64,000 nt of DNA from Octopus vulgaris (lineage: Eukaryota), in assembly GCA_951406725.2 (NCBI GenBank), contig OX597818.1, positions 108,190,001 to 108,254,000 on the forward strand, given 5' to 3'. Of the stretch, positions 39,883-53,060 are shown piece by piece. Each line of letters opens with the position of its first letter. The first letter of the stretch is position 1. The translations under genes were made by a program, and so were the position numbers. The notes beneath the pieces were generated by a model that worked only from the letters and a program-made list of their open reading frames with translations, was not told the DNA's origin and did not search any database.

Positions 39883-40082
39883 CTTAAGGTCAGCAATTGC
39901 AAGAGAAGACCTAAGTAAATTAAACTAACCCCAGAGCATAACTGGTACTTATTTTATCCACACCAAAAGAACGAAAGGTAAAGTTAATCTCAGCAGATTT
40001 TGAACTCATAACATAAGGCAGATGAAATGTCATTTAACATTTTGCCTGAAATGCAACCAATTCTGCCTGAGGACACTGCCTT
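39883..40082 (-). mobile_element. SINE family B, decayed
   Basis: actggtacttattttatc..tttgaactca match. Confidence 0.6.
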
Positions 40083-40361
40083 ATTCTTGAAAATATTTCA
40101 CCTTTAGATATTCAGGTTGAGTATCAGTCACATCAATCTTATTAGTCAAAGAGTGGCAACAAAGTTCAGGGATTGGTCTTTCCCCTGCTGGCTTATATAT
40201 AAAAATGTTCATAAATGGATGCGGCATGTTTATATGGAAATGGAGTTTGCTTCAACGCTGTGTCCAAGGTTTGAACTCACTGCACAGAACTTTAGGTAAG
40301 TTGACCAATGCATTGTGAATGGTTTTTATTGATGGAAACTGCTCAGAAACCTGGAGTGTAT

Positions 40362-40466
<105 letters not shown>

Positions 40467-41070
40467 TGTGTGTGTGTGTGTGTATGTGTGTGTGTGTGTG
40501 TATTTCATGGAAAATGGATGTTAAATGATGATGATGAAAATGGAATTGGTGTAGGACATCGTGCAAACATGTAAATTAAACATTCAAACATTTTCACTAT
40601 TTTCTCCAAATCCTGTTGCAATTCACAAGGAATTTCTGGTCCTCCAAAATCATTTTGAGTGTACAGGTTGACACCTAACATTTGTAACTGTAAATTTTTG
40701 TTTAAAAATTTCAACTTGCAAGCCAGAAAATACAGTATGGTCTAAAATCTAGTTGATGTTTATGTTGTAACTTTGTGGTTCAGCAAATAGAGATTGTTAT
40801 AAAAAGACTAAAAAGGCTACAATATAATTGACTAAAAATTTTACTAAGTTGTCCCAGCATTTCCACAGTCAAGTGAATGGAACCAGTAAAAGAGTACAAG
40901 AATTGTCTCATCTCAGCAATAACCAGTGTCCTCACTCTCGACCATTTTTTCCTTTATGGAACCCTCTGATCGCTAATTTATTCAGGTGGACCCTCATAGC
41001 CATTCAGTGTTTAAAAGAAACCTTATTGTATATTTATGATTAGATATTATTTGGTATTGTATAAAAAAAA

Positions 41071-41495
41071 TTCCTTTGTTTGAAAATATAAAGGCACAGA
41101 TCGTGTGGTGTAGCCAGCTGAAGATGATGACTCCTGGGGTTAAATTACAGCAACATTCATCCTAAGCCAGGACTGCCATGTTATGTTGGCAAACAATCTG
41201 TAACCAATTTATAGATCACTGACTAGTTGTCACTTTGTCAAATGGGAATTTGGCAGCGCCACCTCTAGCCGAACAATTATTCTGTGCTGATGAAGGGAAA
41301 TAACCCAGGAATTGTGATGCACAGATATTACTTTGAGCTGAGTTGGGGTGTTAGATTCCCTTGTTCGAAAATATAAGGACACAGATCATGTCGTGTAGCC
41401 AGCTGGAGGCAATGTCTCCCGGGGCTAAATTACAGCAACATTCATCCTAAACCAGGAGTGCCATGTTATGTAGGCAAAAATCTGAAGCCAATTTA
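41071..41495 (+). mobile_element. Partial tandem (285-bp period) of the 6.9-kb family with a decayed hammerhead
   Basis: Repeat units start at 41071 and 41356. HHR-like tctgtg CTGATGA a ggg-aaataa-ccc a ggaa ttgtgat g cacaga at 41281-41325. Confidence 0.7.
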
Positions 41496-41879
41496 TCTCT
41501 CTCTATATAAACGGCAGTTTGTCTGTGCGTGTTTCTGTGTGTCTGTTTGCTTGTACCCTCACCCTGACCACGGCTTTCAACCGATTCTGATGAAACTTGA
41601 CACACACATAGCCCAATATCATAATTCAAAACTAACGCAGCGAAAATTTTGAAAAGTTCCCCCAGTTCTGAAAAAAATCGATAAATTCGACATGGGGTCG
41701 AAAATCAGAAACCTAAACCACAGACCGTCTAGGGGACGCAACTCCACCTTTTTTAACTCTCAAAAAAAATTTACCATCATTTTTTTCCATTTTTTTGCTA
41801 TTTTTTGGCTATAACTCTCTAAAAATGCTTTATAGTTATTTCCCTTACAAACCTGAGCAACGCCGGGCGATACTGCTAG
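41496..41879 (+). mobile_element. Complete non-autonomous Helitron (384 bp)
   Basis: A|TC 5' end and a 3' hairpin cctgagcaacgccggg followed by CTAG|T. There is no TSD. Confidence 0.9.
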
Positions 41880-42425
41880 TTACAGATAAATTTTAACAAG
41901 AAAATCTTATATGGACCCCCAGCCCCCGCTGGGTCCATACACACCCTGGTTGAGAGCTATTTGTCTATGGAACCTCACTTGACCACGAATATAACCAATT
42001 AATGCCAGGATTGGGTTGAAGCTTTCAAAAGTGAAAAAATAAGAATCTATTTTATTAACTCTTAATGGGATTAGTCTCAAGAGGAAGAATAAAAATCTGA
42101 GAAAAAACAACCAACAAAATCTTGAAACTAAATTTAATTCTTTTGTCAATATATTTGTTTTAATTTCTTCCCTCACATCTTGTCTTTTGTTTTCTTTCTC
42201 TCTGCTTTTCTCTTCCTTCTCTTGCCTTACTTTTCTCTTTCATTCTTTCTTTTCTCTAACCTTTTTTCTCATTTTCTTTTTTTTTTCAATGTCTTTAATT
42301 CTTTAACACTGTTTGTCTTCAGTCTCCTGTCTATACAAGAATTTATCTTACAATTTGTTTTTCACTGTCATAAATTCTTTGCTTGCCCACCTGCTCATCC
42401 ACCTGTCAGTCATTCCATCTGCCTG

Positions 42426-42472
<47 letters not shown>

Positions 42473-42693
42473 GTCTCTCCCTCTCTCTGTATTCCTCTTG
42501 TCTTCCATACACTTGTCTCTTCATTTGTCTAATTTCTGTCTAGCTTTTTGACATATTACTTTCATATTTGCTATCATTTCACATGATCTCAAATCCTGGC
42601 TCTGCATTTATCCTGCACTTATGTTACATTTATCGTTCACTTACTTTTTTAGCTTCAGCTTCACCCTGACAAAGAAGATATAGCCTCTTCATT

Positions 42694-42908
42694 CACTTCA
42701 TCCTCCTTCTCCTCCTCCTCCTCCTACTCCTCCTTCTCCTCCTCCTCCTCCTCCTTCTCCTCCTTCTCCTCCTCATCCTCATCCTCCTCATCCTTCTCAT
42801 CCACTTCATCCTTATCTTCCTCATCCTCTTCATCCTCTTTATCCTCGTCATCTTCCACTTCATCCTCATCCTCATCATCCCATTCTCTTCATCATCCTCT
42901 TCATCACC
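42694..42908. repeat. (TCC)n/(TCA)n low-complexity repeat
   Basis: Directly visible. Confidence 0.9.
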
Positions 42909-44239
42909 AAAAGTCACATTAGTGCATCAAACGATTTTCAGTAACGTTTTCTTGCACATCTGAGCTCATTCTCAAATATTATTAGTAAACAATCCACCCT
43001 GCTGGCCACCCAAATCTACCCTATCAAAGCTGAGGGTATTCCCATATAATATTTCCTCGTTCACAACTTGTAATCAAAATCCATACATGGGAAACTGAAG
43101 AACCGTTACTAATGCTGCCAAGAGACCCTCAGTATATCCACGTCTACCTCCTCCTCCTTAATCCTCTCTCTTATCTAATTACCTCCAACCATTACTGATG
43201 CTTCAAAACTTACTCTCAATACCATAATTGTTCATGTTCTAACTAAACTAATTAACTTGTCCCCTCTACTTTTCACTTCCTCCCTTAATGACTCTTCTCT
43301 TTCTACCACAAAATTTAGCCACCCTTAAAGCTTTCTTATCTCCCCCCTCCTTACCAGTATGCCATTATATATCCTTTCCCCTTCATCCTCCTCCTCCTCC
43401 TCCTATTTTACTGACTCACCTTACAAAACTCTTCTGTACTCTATTTTACTTTACTCTTCTGTACTCTGTTAGCATCTTTATAATTTCCATCTTATTTTGG
43501 CCCTTTCTTTACTCTTTCCAAGCTTCAATATATTCCATGCATCTGCTTGTGTCTCTCTGTTGAGCGTCCCCTTTATATTTCTCTTGCACCCTTAATTTCT
43601 TTCTAGCTGCCTCTTTGTCTAGTTTCCCTAATTTTTATTGCTAACTCTGTCCCTTTTTCTTCTTTGTACCATTAAATGCCATCTTTTAATCATTACCTCC
43701 ATCCCAGCAACCCCACCTTCCTCTCTCCACTCCATCTCTCTTTGTTTATATTTCCCTTTAACCTCTCTCCTACTCTTCCTATCCCTCTCTTTTCTTATTG
43801 AACTGATATATATTCATAAACACTGTTCTTAGTTAAGCTTTTGGCTCAAATCTTCAAATGAGAATAACCTGATTTTGCATCATGGTTCCCTCAGATTCCA
43901 TGCTGGTCCATACACCTACAATATTATTGAATCTCATTACGTAATATACACGGCTATGGTATCAGTATTACTTATTTGAAACAGCTGTAAAGACTTGATG
44001 ACTTGATGACACCATTTATTTGTATGCAGAAGTTTGCATGTAAATACATTCCTTATGCCTACTTTTGTCTATCTGTCCTTTTTACTCTTGATGAAGATTG
44101 AGTTTATAGTTGACTTCCTACTTCGGTGCCTCCTGCTTGGACGAAGGAGTAACAGTTTAAGCTTTGGGTACACCTGAGAACTCCCTGCTGACAATCTATG
44201 CTTATTAATGCATATTTTAGCATTCTTCATATTCTTAAT

Positions 44240-44495
44240 ATGATGGTGGTGATGTTGGTGGTGGTGGTGGTGGTGATGTTGATGATGATGGTGATGATGG
44301 TGATGATGGTGGTGATGGTGATGATGATGATGATGATGATGATGATGGTGGTGATGGTGATGGTGGTGATTGTGATGATGAGGATGATGATGATAATGAT
44401 GATGATGATGGTGATGATGACGGGGATGGTGGTGATGAGGATGATGATGATGATGATGATGATGGTGATGATGGTGGTGGTGGTAGTGGTAATGA
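44240..44495. repeat. (TGA)/(TGG) mixed microsatellite
   Basis: Directly visible. Confidence 0.9.
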
Positions 44496-45272
44496 CGTTG
44501 ATATGATTACGATATGTATGCACGTGCGTGTGTGTGTGTGTGTGTGTGTGTTTGTGTGTGTGTGTTTATGTGCGTGTGTTTGCTCATGTGAGTGTGGACT
44601 ATGTGTGCCTCCCTCCTCAATCAAAAACTATTGTTTTGCAGAATACGAAACCCTGCTGTTTCCATGATTTACATGATGTCTGGCAGAAAGCTAAAAACCA
44701 TTTCTTTCACATTCTGCTGCTTCCCAATATTTTTTTCTGATAGTTAAACCATTTATTAGAAAGAATTTCAGAGACATGTTTCTATCAATTTTTACAACTT
44801 TTATGGTTTGTTTACAATTTTCGTTTGTTTTGTTTGTTACAGTATACAATTGTTGTTCATATTGTTGTTGTTCTTCTTCTTATTGTCAATGTTATTGTCG
44901 TTGATATTGCTCTTGATATTTTCTGTTATTGTTATCTCAAAAGAAATCTGCTCCATCATTGTCCACTTCACCACCACCACCATCATCATCATAATTATTG
45001 TATTCCTCCACTGCAGCATTCACCTCCTCCTCCTCCTCCTCTTCCTCCGCATCATCACCACCATCATCCCCATTATTATTATTGCTATAATTGTTATTAC
45101 CCTCCTAAATGAAAGCATTACCAAAAATATGCTGTTTTCATTGTTGTATTTGCTCCATTGTTCTATGTATTTACGTATGTACACATGCGTGCATGTGCAT
45201 GCCTGCATGTGCGTGCATGTGCATGCCTGCATGTGCGTGCATGTGTGTGTGTGTGTGTATACCTATATATAT

Positions 45273-45695
45273 GGCGCAGGAGTGGTTGTGTGGTAAGTAG
45301 TTTGCTAACCAACCACATGGTTCCGGGTTCAGTCCCACTGCGTGGCATCTTGGGCAAGTGTCTTCTGCTATAGCCCCGGGCCGACCAATGCCTTGTGAGT
45401 GGATTTGGTAGATGGAAACTGAAAGAAGCCTGTCATATATATGTATATATATATGTGTATGTGTGTGTGTTTGTGTGTCTGTGTTTGTCCCCCTCGCATT
45501 GCTTGACAACCGATGCTGGTGTGTTTACGTCCCTGTCACTTAGCGGTTCGGCAAAAGAGACCGATAAAATAAGTACTGGGCTTACAAAGAATAAGTCCCG
45601 GTGTCGATTTTCTCGACTAAAGGCGGTGCTCCAGCATGGCCGCAGTCAAATGACTGAAACAAGTAAAAGAGTAAAAGAGTAAAAGAGTAAAAAGA
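45273..45695 (+). mobile_element. SINE family A, full length
   Basis: Near-consensus copy with a (gtaaaaga)n tail. Confidence 0.92.
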
Positions 45696-45726
45696 GAGAG
45701 TATATACATACATATATAAATACATA

Positions 45727-45935
45727 AGGTGGCGAGCTGGCAGAATCGTTAGCACGCCGGGTGAAATACTCAGTGGTATTTCATCTGCCATTATGTTCTG
45801 AGTTCAAATTGCACCGAGGTCGATTTTGCCTTTCGTCCTTTCGGGGTCGATTAAATAAGTACCAGTTACACACTGGGGTTCAATTTAATCCTTTTGTTTG
45901 TCCCGTGTGTTTAGCCCCCTGTGGGCAATAAAACA
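45727..45935 (+). mobile_element. SINE family B, full length
   Basis: ggtggcgagctggcagaatcgttagc..gagttcaaatt..tagccccctgtgggcaataaa. Confidence 0.9.
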
Positions 45936-45940
45936 ATATA

Positions 45941-46008
<68 letters not shown>

Positions 46009-46284
46009 ACACATACATTTATACATATGTAAAACTGTGTGTGTGTCTTTGTGTATGAATGTATATGTATGTGCATAAGTATGTCGGTAGTCCATTGACA
46101 GAGTTACTTGACGATCGGATAAAATGTTTTGTAGAGTTCAATCTGGCCTTTTTGTCTTCTAAATCGAAATTGCATTGAAGTCAGTTTTGTCTTTTTTCTT
46201 TTGGTGGTGTATGGCAAGTAAACAACCAGTCGAATATTGAAGTCACTTATCATTTTTATTATAGTTGTTGTTGTTGTTGTTGTT

Positions 46285-47100
46285 ACGTAATTTCTATGAA
46301 CTGTTTCAAGTCTCACCCAGGGGCCCTCAAGTAACAGTGAGCTGGACATTTTATTGTCTTAGAAGAAGTAATGATATATTTCAAGGAAAAGCAACCAATC
46401 ACTTCATTTGTGCATTTGGTTTGCAAAATTCTTGAAGTAAATTCATGTGTTGAAGCAAAGACCCTCTCTAGACACAAACCAAATTCTAAGAATTACAATT
46501 CCATGAAAAGTTTCTTGTAATATTTGCAATTTTATAAGAGACTCAATTATTCTCAGGTTGTAAATGAATTTTTAGAATGGAACTTATAATCAAGAGAACA
46601 ATTTTTTTGTAGCCCTGATACATATGAGTTTCCTGGTATTTGATCATAGTATTTAAGAATGTGATTTGATATTATTCCAAAAGCTGCAATGATCATTGGA
46701 ACAATTGCCATTCTTAGATGTCCCATTTTTAAGACCTGCATTTCAAAGCACTTCTATTTACTCAACTATCCAAATCTTTTCACAGAGGTGCTGCTGCCAG
46801 CTGAGACTGCCATGTCTGTGAGCAAACTTTTTTGTGAATGAGATTTTTTTTCCACCATGATATCTTCTCTACTGGCCTAAATACTTTGATCCGTTTGAAT
46901 AACGAATTCCCAAAGAACAGTGCTACTGAAGCAGGTTTGTGTTTCCACCAGCTTTTCTTATATGGGAGTCCAGACTCATGGCATATAATTCAGTGCAAAC
47001 AGGGGCCACGTCCATCATGGTGGTTAATGTACACATTTGAGGCAAATATAAAGCATCCAGAGGTCAGCTGGAAAATAGTCTTTCTGGTTGTACCCCAAAA
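46285..47100 (-). mobile_element. Decayed R4/Dong-like element related to 38727
   Basis: AIVPMIIAAFGI..YDQIPGN. The 3' UTR ctgggtgagacttg matches 39767-39780. Confidence 0.7.
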
Positions 47101-47269
47101 GGGGCAAGCAGGGCCCAGCATCATTTTCAAGAATGGTAGATTGGATTGGATAATTAGCTGACATTAATCTTGAGTTACTATAATGAAGCCCATTGCTTCT
47201 GGCTTAAGTCCAGATGCAGCCAGCCACTGATGGGTCACATATGCATCAACATCACCATCCTAGACACTC

Positions 47270-47326
47270 GTAGATTAGTTACTGTGGAAGGAAAACAAGT
47301 GACCAACAAGTCAGAGAGGTTTTCAT

Positions 47327-47366
<40 letters not shown>

Positions 47367-47367
47367 T

Positions 47368-47412
<45 letters not shown>

Positions 47413-47423
47413 ATATATATATG

Positions 47424-47455
<32 letters not shown>

Positions 47456-48055
47456 CGTGTGTGTGTGTGTGTGTGAGGGTGGGTGCAGAGACCCACATGG
47501 GAGTGGCAGTCACACATACAGCAACTGCATTTGAAGCAGTTCTCTGCTGGTGCTACAAGTATTTCAATTTGTTGAGTGTGCTTCTTCTTTGGTGGCAAGT
47601 TCCCGTTTCTCTTCTCCTCCTTTCAGCTCCTTTTGCAGCATTTGACTCCAGCATGGGCAATCATTTGCAATCTCTTCTCATCTTAGGACATTCAGATCAA
47701 CAGACATCGTATCTTTCTTGTAGACATCCTTGAAACGGAGATGAGGTTGTATTCGTGTTCTTGGGCCAGTGGTCAATTCACCATACAGGAGGTCTTTTGG
47801 GATCCTTCCACCCGGCATGCAATGTACATAACCAAACCAATGCAGACAATACTCCTGGAGCAGGGTGAGTATCTTGACATGGTTGAGGACTTTGGTGCTG
47901 GTGATGCGGTATCTTGATATCCAAGATGAATCTCAAATTACAAAGGTGTTCAAAGTTGTACAAGATGTTCAGACACCACTCCTGGCTGGAGTAGATGCTC
48001 CATGTCTCTCTGCCATAAAGTAGCATACTAAGGATGCACACCTTATAGACAGCAT
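47270..48055 (-). mobile_element. BovB-like RTE 3' end interrupted by a microsatellite
   Basis: [17 protein letters not shown] and a terminal zinc finger [19 protein letters not shown]. Confidence 0.8.
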
Positions 48056-48089
48056 ATATGTATATAAACACATATATGTGTGTGTATAC

Positions 48090-48200
<111 letters not shown>

Positions 48201-48274
48201 TGTATATATATGTGTGTGTGTATATATATGTATGTATGTGTGTGTTTGTGTGTGTGTATGCATACACACACACG

Positions 48275-48306
<32 letters not shown>

Positions 48307-48514
48307 TACATACAAACACACATATATATATCTAAAACACATTTTTTTCTCTCCATTTTTCCTCTTAATCCTTTCTGTCAAAGAGCGTAGGTTGAAAATA
48401 TCAAGAACTTTTCCCTTTTCCCTGAGTACTAAATTAGTGTCCCTACTTGTTGTTCCTTCACCTGTCTTCGACTTTTGTTTTCTGTAAATCTGAATTATAT
48501 ATACATGTATATAC

Positions 48515-48589
<75 letters not shown>

Positions 48590-49249
48590 TTAATACATAT
48601 AATTTTTTCTTCCCAAATACACACACATGTACTATATTTTCATCCTTCCCTCATTTATTGATGTTATTTCATCTTATGTCCATTGGGTGGAAATCTTTCA
48701 TCCCAAACACATACACACACACACACGCACACATATAGATATATATACACATATATATACATATATACGCACATAATATATATTTACATAAATATAAAAA
48801 AGGAACAAAAACACATTAGAGGACAATAAAAAATCCGGACAGACGATACAAAGGCAGAGAAGAAAAACAACAAATAGAGAGACAGGAAGAAAAAAAGGAT
48901 GGGTCATTCGTGGCCTTCTTTCATCAGTCAAGTTTCCAGATGGTCCTTACAGTTTCAGGCAGTTTCACTTGAGACTATTCAAATCTGGTTGCTTCCATAA
49001 AGTCTAAGCTCAGAGCATTAGATTTTTTGTAAGAAAGCAAGCAAATGTGTACGACGACAAAGACAAAAACGGAAAACATTTTACACAATTACATATACAA
49101 ACAACAAAAATATAACAACAGGTGTCTTCCGACTAATGAAGACAAATCAAATTGTGCTGGCATAGATATATATCCATGTGGGAGTGGGTGTGTATTTATG
49201 TGTCTATATATTTACATATGTATGTAATGTATGTTGAGAGTCATGTATT

Positions 49250-49296
<47 letters not shown>

Positions 49297-50436
49297 AGAA
49301 TTCCACCTACCTTTCTTCTAGCAAAATCCACTCACAAGGTTTTGGTCAAACTCAGGCTTCAGTCGAAGGCACTTATCCAAGTTGCAGAACTATTGGATAG
49401 AATGCAGAACTGCAAAGTTGCAAAGTGAACTTTTTAATCCCATTGCTGTGTTTGAACCTACATCAATAAAGTTTGCATTCATGTTACGATGTTCATAATG
49501 AGTATGCACAGCCACACCCACACACATATACACACGTGCATGAGTAGGATCACAGATAACCCACAACTTTAGAGAATGAAGGAATTTGGAGAAGAATTAT
49601 CAGGAATAATGGGAAGATGGACAATCATTGAGAAATGTTGAGTTTGACTGATCCCTGGTGATATTTAAGGGTAAATTAAAGAGATAGCAGGTGGGTGGGA
49701 GAGAGCTATGGCATTGTGCTTAGCAAGGAAGGCCACAACTGATTAACTGTCAGCTTTGGCAAATCAAGTATACAATGAGTGTTTCTCTGAAGAACTTTGT
49801 AAAAGCAAAGAATTTCTATCATAAAGAAACAGACATCTGTGGCTTTCTACATGGAGATAAAGTTAAGCTGTTATTAAAGTCACTGATCTTGGTATCTTTT
49901 TATATAATCTCAAACTGAAATTGAATGAATGAAAAAAAAAAATTAAAACAAATATAAAACAAACAAATTAACAAAAGACAAAACCACTAATTGTCCTGAT
50001 TCTTCTTTTCTGTGTCTATAAAATTATTCTACACCTGTTCTATTCTGATTTGAACACCATCCATTCTAATTCCGTCTTTGATGGACAAAACGGACATAGC
50101 TCTTGTTTCTGCTTTCTTTTTTTTCTTCCTCACTTTCTTCACTATCTGTTTTTCAGTTCGCTTCTTCACCTTCCTCTCATCTCTTCTTGTCTTCTCTCAT
50201 AGACCAGCATCCTTTTTCTTTTGCTTTCAAATGAGACCAACCATATTGCGCGTTGAACCCGAAGGAATGCTTCAACGGACAAGGCATGGTTTATTGTCTC
50301 TTACTTTATTGTGCTTCCACTGCATGAAACTATTGGTAGCTCATATCTAAATACTGTGTCTATTAAATGATGCTTATCCCTCACTGGAGGAGTGTTTTAC
50401 ATTGTTGATCCTACCTATAACAGAACTGTCAACTAT

Positions 50437-50481
<45 letters not shown>

Positions 50482-50652
50482 GGCACAGGAGTGGCTGTGT
50501 GGTAAGTAGCTTGCTTACCAACCACATGGTTCCGGGTTCAGTCCCACCGCGTGGCATCTTGGGCAAGTGTCTTCTACTATAGCCTCGGGCCGACCAATGC
50601 CTTGTGAGTTGATTTGGTAGATGGAAACTGAAAGAAGCCTGTCGTATATATG

Positions 50653-50685
<33 letters not shown>

Positions 50686-50884
50686 TTGTCTCCCTAGCAT
50701 TGCTTGACAACCGATGCTGGTGTGTATACGTCCCCGTCACTTAGCAGTTCGGCAAAAGAGACCAATAGAATAAGTACTGGGCTTACAAAGAATAAGTCCC
50801 GGGGTCGATTTGCTCGACTAAAGGTGGTGCTCCAGCATGGCCGCAGTCAAATGACTGAAACAAGTAACAGAGAGTAACAGAGTA
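50482..50884 (+). mobile_element. SINE family A, full length
   Basis: Near-consensus copy. Confidence 0.92.
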
Positions 50885-50905
50885 TATATAATATATATAT
50901 ATATA

Positions 50906-51063
50906 TAGGGAGAGTTTACGGAAAAAAACAAAAGACGAAGACAGGTGGTGTACAAAACAAACAGATGTATTAGTATAATGCTCAGGAATAGAAAAAGTCT
51001 TTTACGTTTCGAGCCTACGCTCTTCTACAGAAAGGGACACAGAAAAAACAAGGAGAGAAACAA
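50906..51063 (-). mobile_element. Variant-hammerhead short element (family of 33321)
   Basis: Minus strand gtcccttt CTGTAGA a gagc-gtag-gctc GAAAC GTA aaagac (51038-50997). Confidence 0.65.
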
Positions 51064-51534
51064 TATATATATGTATATAGGAAAGAGGGTTTGAAAATGC
51101 AGAGGTCTTTTAAAGCTGTTTATTGACTTGACTGGTTTCACTTTTTTAAAAAAAAGATTATCAAAAGTAAAATGTAAGGCTTTGTGTAATTTGTATAAGC
51201 TTTGTTGTGTTAAAAAATGGTTATCATAATTGTATTAAAATACAGTCATACAGTCTTTGACAATGATAAGAAGATGTTAAGAGGGGCTTTTTGTTTAAAC
51301 AGTTTACCACTGCCACTGGTGCTGGCTCTATCTGTAACCTCACACCATCACCACCACCACCACCGCCGCCGCCGCCACTTTTTCAATTTATTTTTCCTTT
51401 TATTTCTGCATGATTAGATTGTCTGCTTGAAACAATTGAAACTGGTGGCAACTTTGTCAAAAATGTAAATGCTGTCTTATTTTTTAAAGTTCTCAAAGAA
51501 TCTCTTCATTTTATATCTATCTGTCTGTCTGTCC

Positions 51535-51590
<56 letters not shown>

Positions 51591-51928
51591 GTATATATCA
51601 ACACATGTATTGTAGCATTTAGTGACACTCTGTGCTTTGATTTCAAATCGCAATGTGGTGGATGGACGAAATTGTTAGAGCATTGGATAGAATCTCTTGT
51701 GGTTACCTGTTCAACTTGTGCAGTCGAGATTCCAATTCAACCTCCTGTGACTAGAAGTAAATGTCTGAGATGCTTCTGCCGAGAGTTCTCTCAGACAATA
51801 TCATCAACGGATACTCCAGTGAAATTATATTTTCCTTGGTTCTATCAGGAGATCAATTACAATGCAATAAATATGATATATGCTGTTTGTTTATACACAT
51901 AGGAAAGAAATATCAGTGTGTGTAAATA

Positions 51929-51968
<40 letters not shown>

Positions 51969-52391
51969 GTCATCATCATCATCATCATCATCAACAACAT
52001 CATCATAACCATCATCATCATTATCATCATCGTTATTTAACATCTATTACCCATGCTGGCATTGGTTGGACAGTTTGAGAGGAGCTGGCTAACCAAAGAA
52101 CTGCAATTTTTCTCTGCCTGGATACTCTCCCTAATGCCAATCACTCTACTTTTTACTTTCTACATGGCACCAACACCCATACTTCACATGTGGCATCAGC
52201 TCAGGTGCTTTTTACATGTCAATGAATGAGAAAGAAAGGCTCAATACATGTTGTAAACACACAGATTTTGTTTTGTTTTAATTAAAACTGAAACAAGGAA
52301 TTTCTCTCTGGACCTGGGTTTTATGCTTGTTTGATCATCAGGTGAAACTAACATGACTTGGTGTTGATGGCGCACGTGTATATACATATAT

Positions 52392-52560
52392 GGCACAGGA
52401 GTAGCTGTATTGGAAGTTGCTTACTCTCCATCCATATTGTTTTGGGTTCAGTCCCACTGCTTGGCACCTTGGGCTAGTGTCTTCTTCTATAGCATCAGGC
52501 TGACCAAATCCTTATGAGTGAATTTCGTAGACAGAAGCTGAAAGAAGCCTGTCATACATA
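52392..52560 (+). mobile_element. SINE family A 5' half
   Basis: Head match. Confidence 0.7.
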
Positions 52561-52774
52561 TACATATATATAGAGAGAGAGAGAGAGAGTTTATGCGAGG
52601 TAATTGTGTCATTGAGACTCAAAGGTGTCAGGTAATGCTGAATAAGTGCTATAGACAGACCATAGTTAAGCTCCAGGTTTGGTAATTTTGCGAATAAAGG
52701 GTTCAACGTTGGTCATATGTAAGCATGTGTAAATAAGAATTTATATATATGTGTGTGTGTGTGACAGAGTTTCA

Positions 52775-53060
52775 ACAGCTGGATGCTCTTCTTAACACCA
52801 ACCACTCCGAGAGTATAGTGGGTGCTTTTACGTGCCACCGGCACAGGGGCCAGCCACCCGGTACTGGCAACGGCCACCCTCAAATGGTGTTTTTACGTGA
52901 CACCCGTACAGGAGCCAGTCCAGTGGTACTGGCAACGACCTCGCTCGAATGTTTATTCATGTGCCACCAGCACAAGTGCCAGTAAAGTGAAGCTGGTCAC
53001 GATCACGCTTGAATGGTGCTTTTTAAGTGCCACCGGCATGGAAGCCAGTTAACCGCTCTG
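52775..53060 (-). mobile_element. RTE family 3'-tail repeat units
   Basis: ggtgcttttacgtgccaccggcac units, the reverse complement of 30340-30540. Confidence 0.8.

Larger units (their letters stand above)
40923..41960. mobile_element. Probable hAT-like MITE with nested insertions
   Basis: Decayed ends cagtgtcctca.. / ..ggttgagagcta and internal ggacccc motifs. Confidence 0.4.

Noticed and set aside
41588-41600. ctgatgaaac as a hammerhead core
   Set aside because: There is no stem II between CTGATGA and GAAA. It is part of a common Helitron ccgatt..atgaaacttg motif.
48800-49160. Possible further PLE-like end with a minus-strand ctgatga near 48925
   Set aside because: Stem II plus GAAA could not be folded, and only one copy is present in the window.
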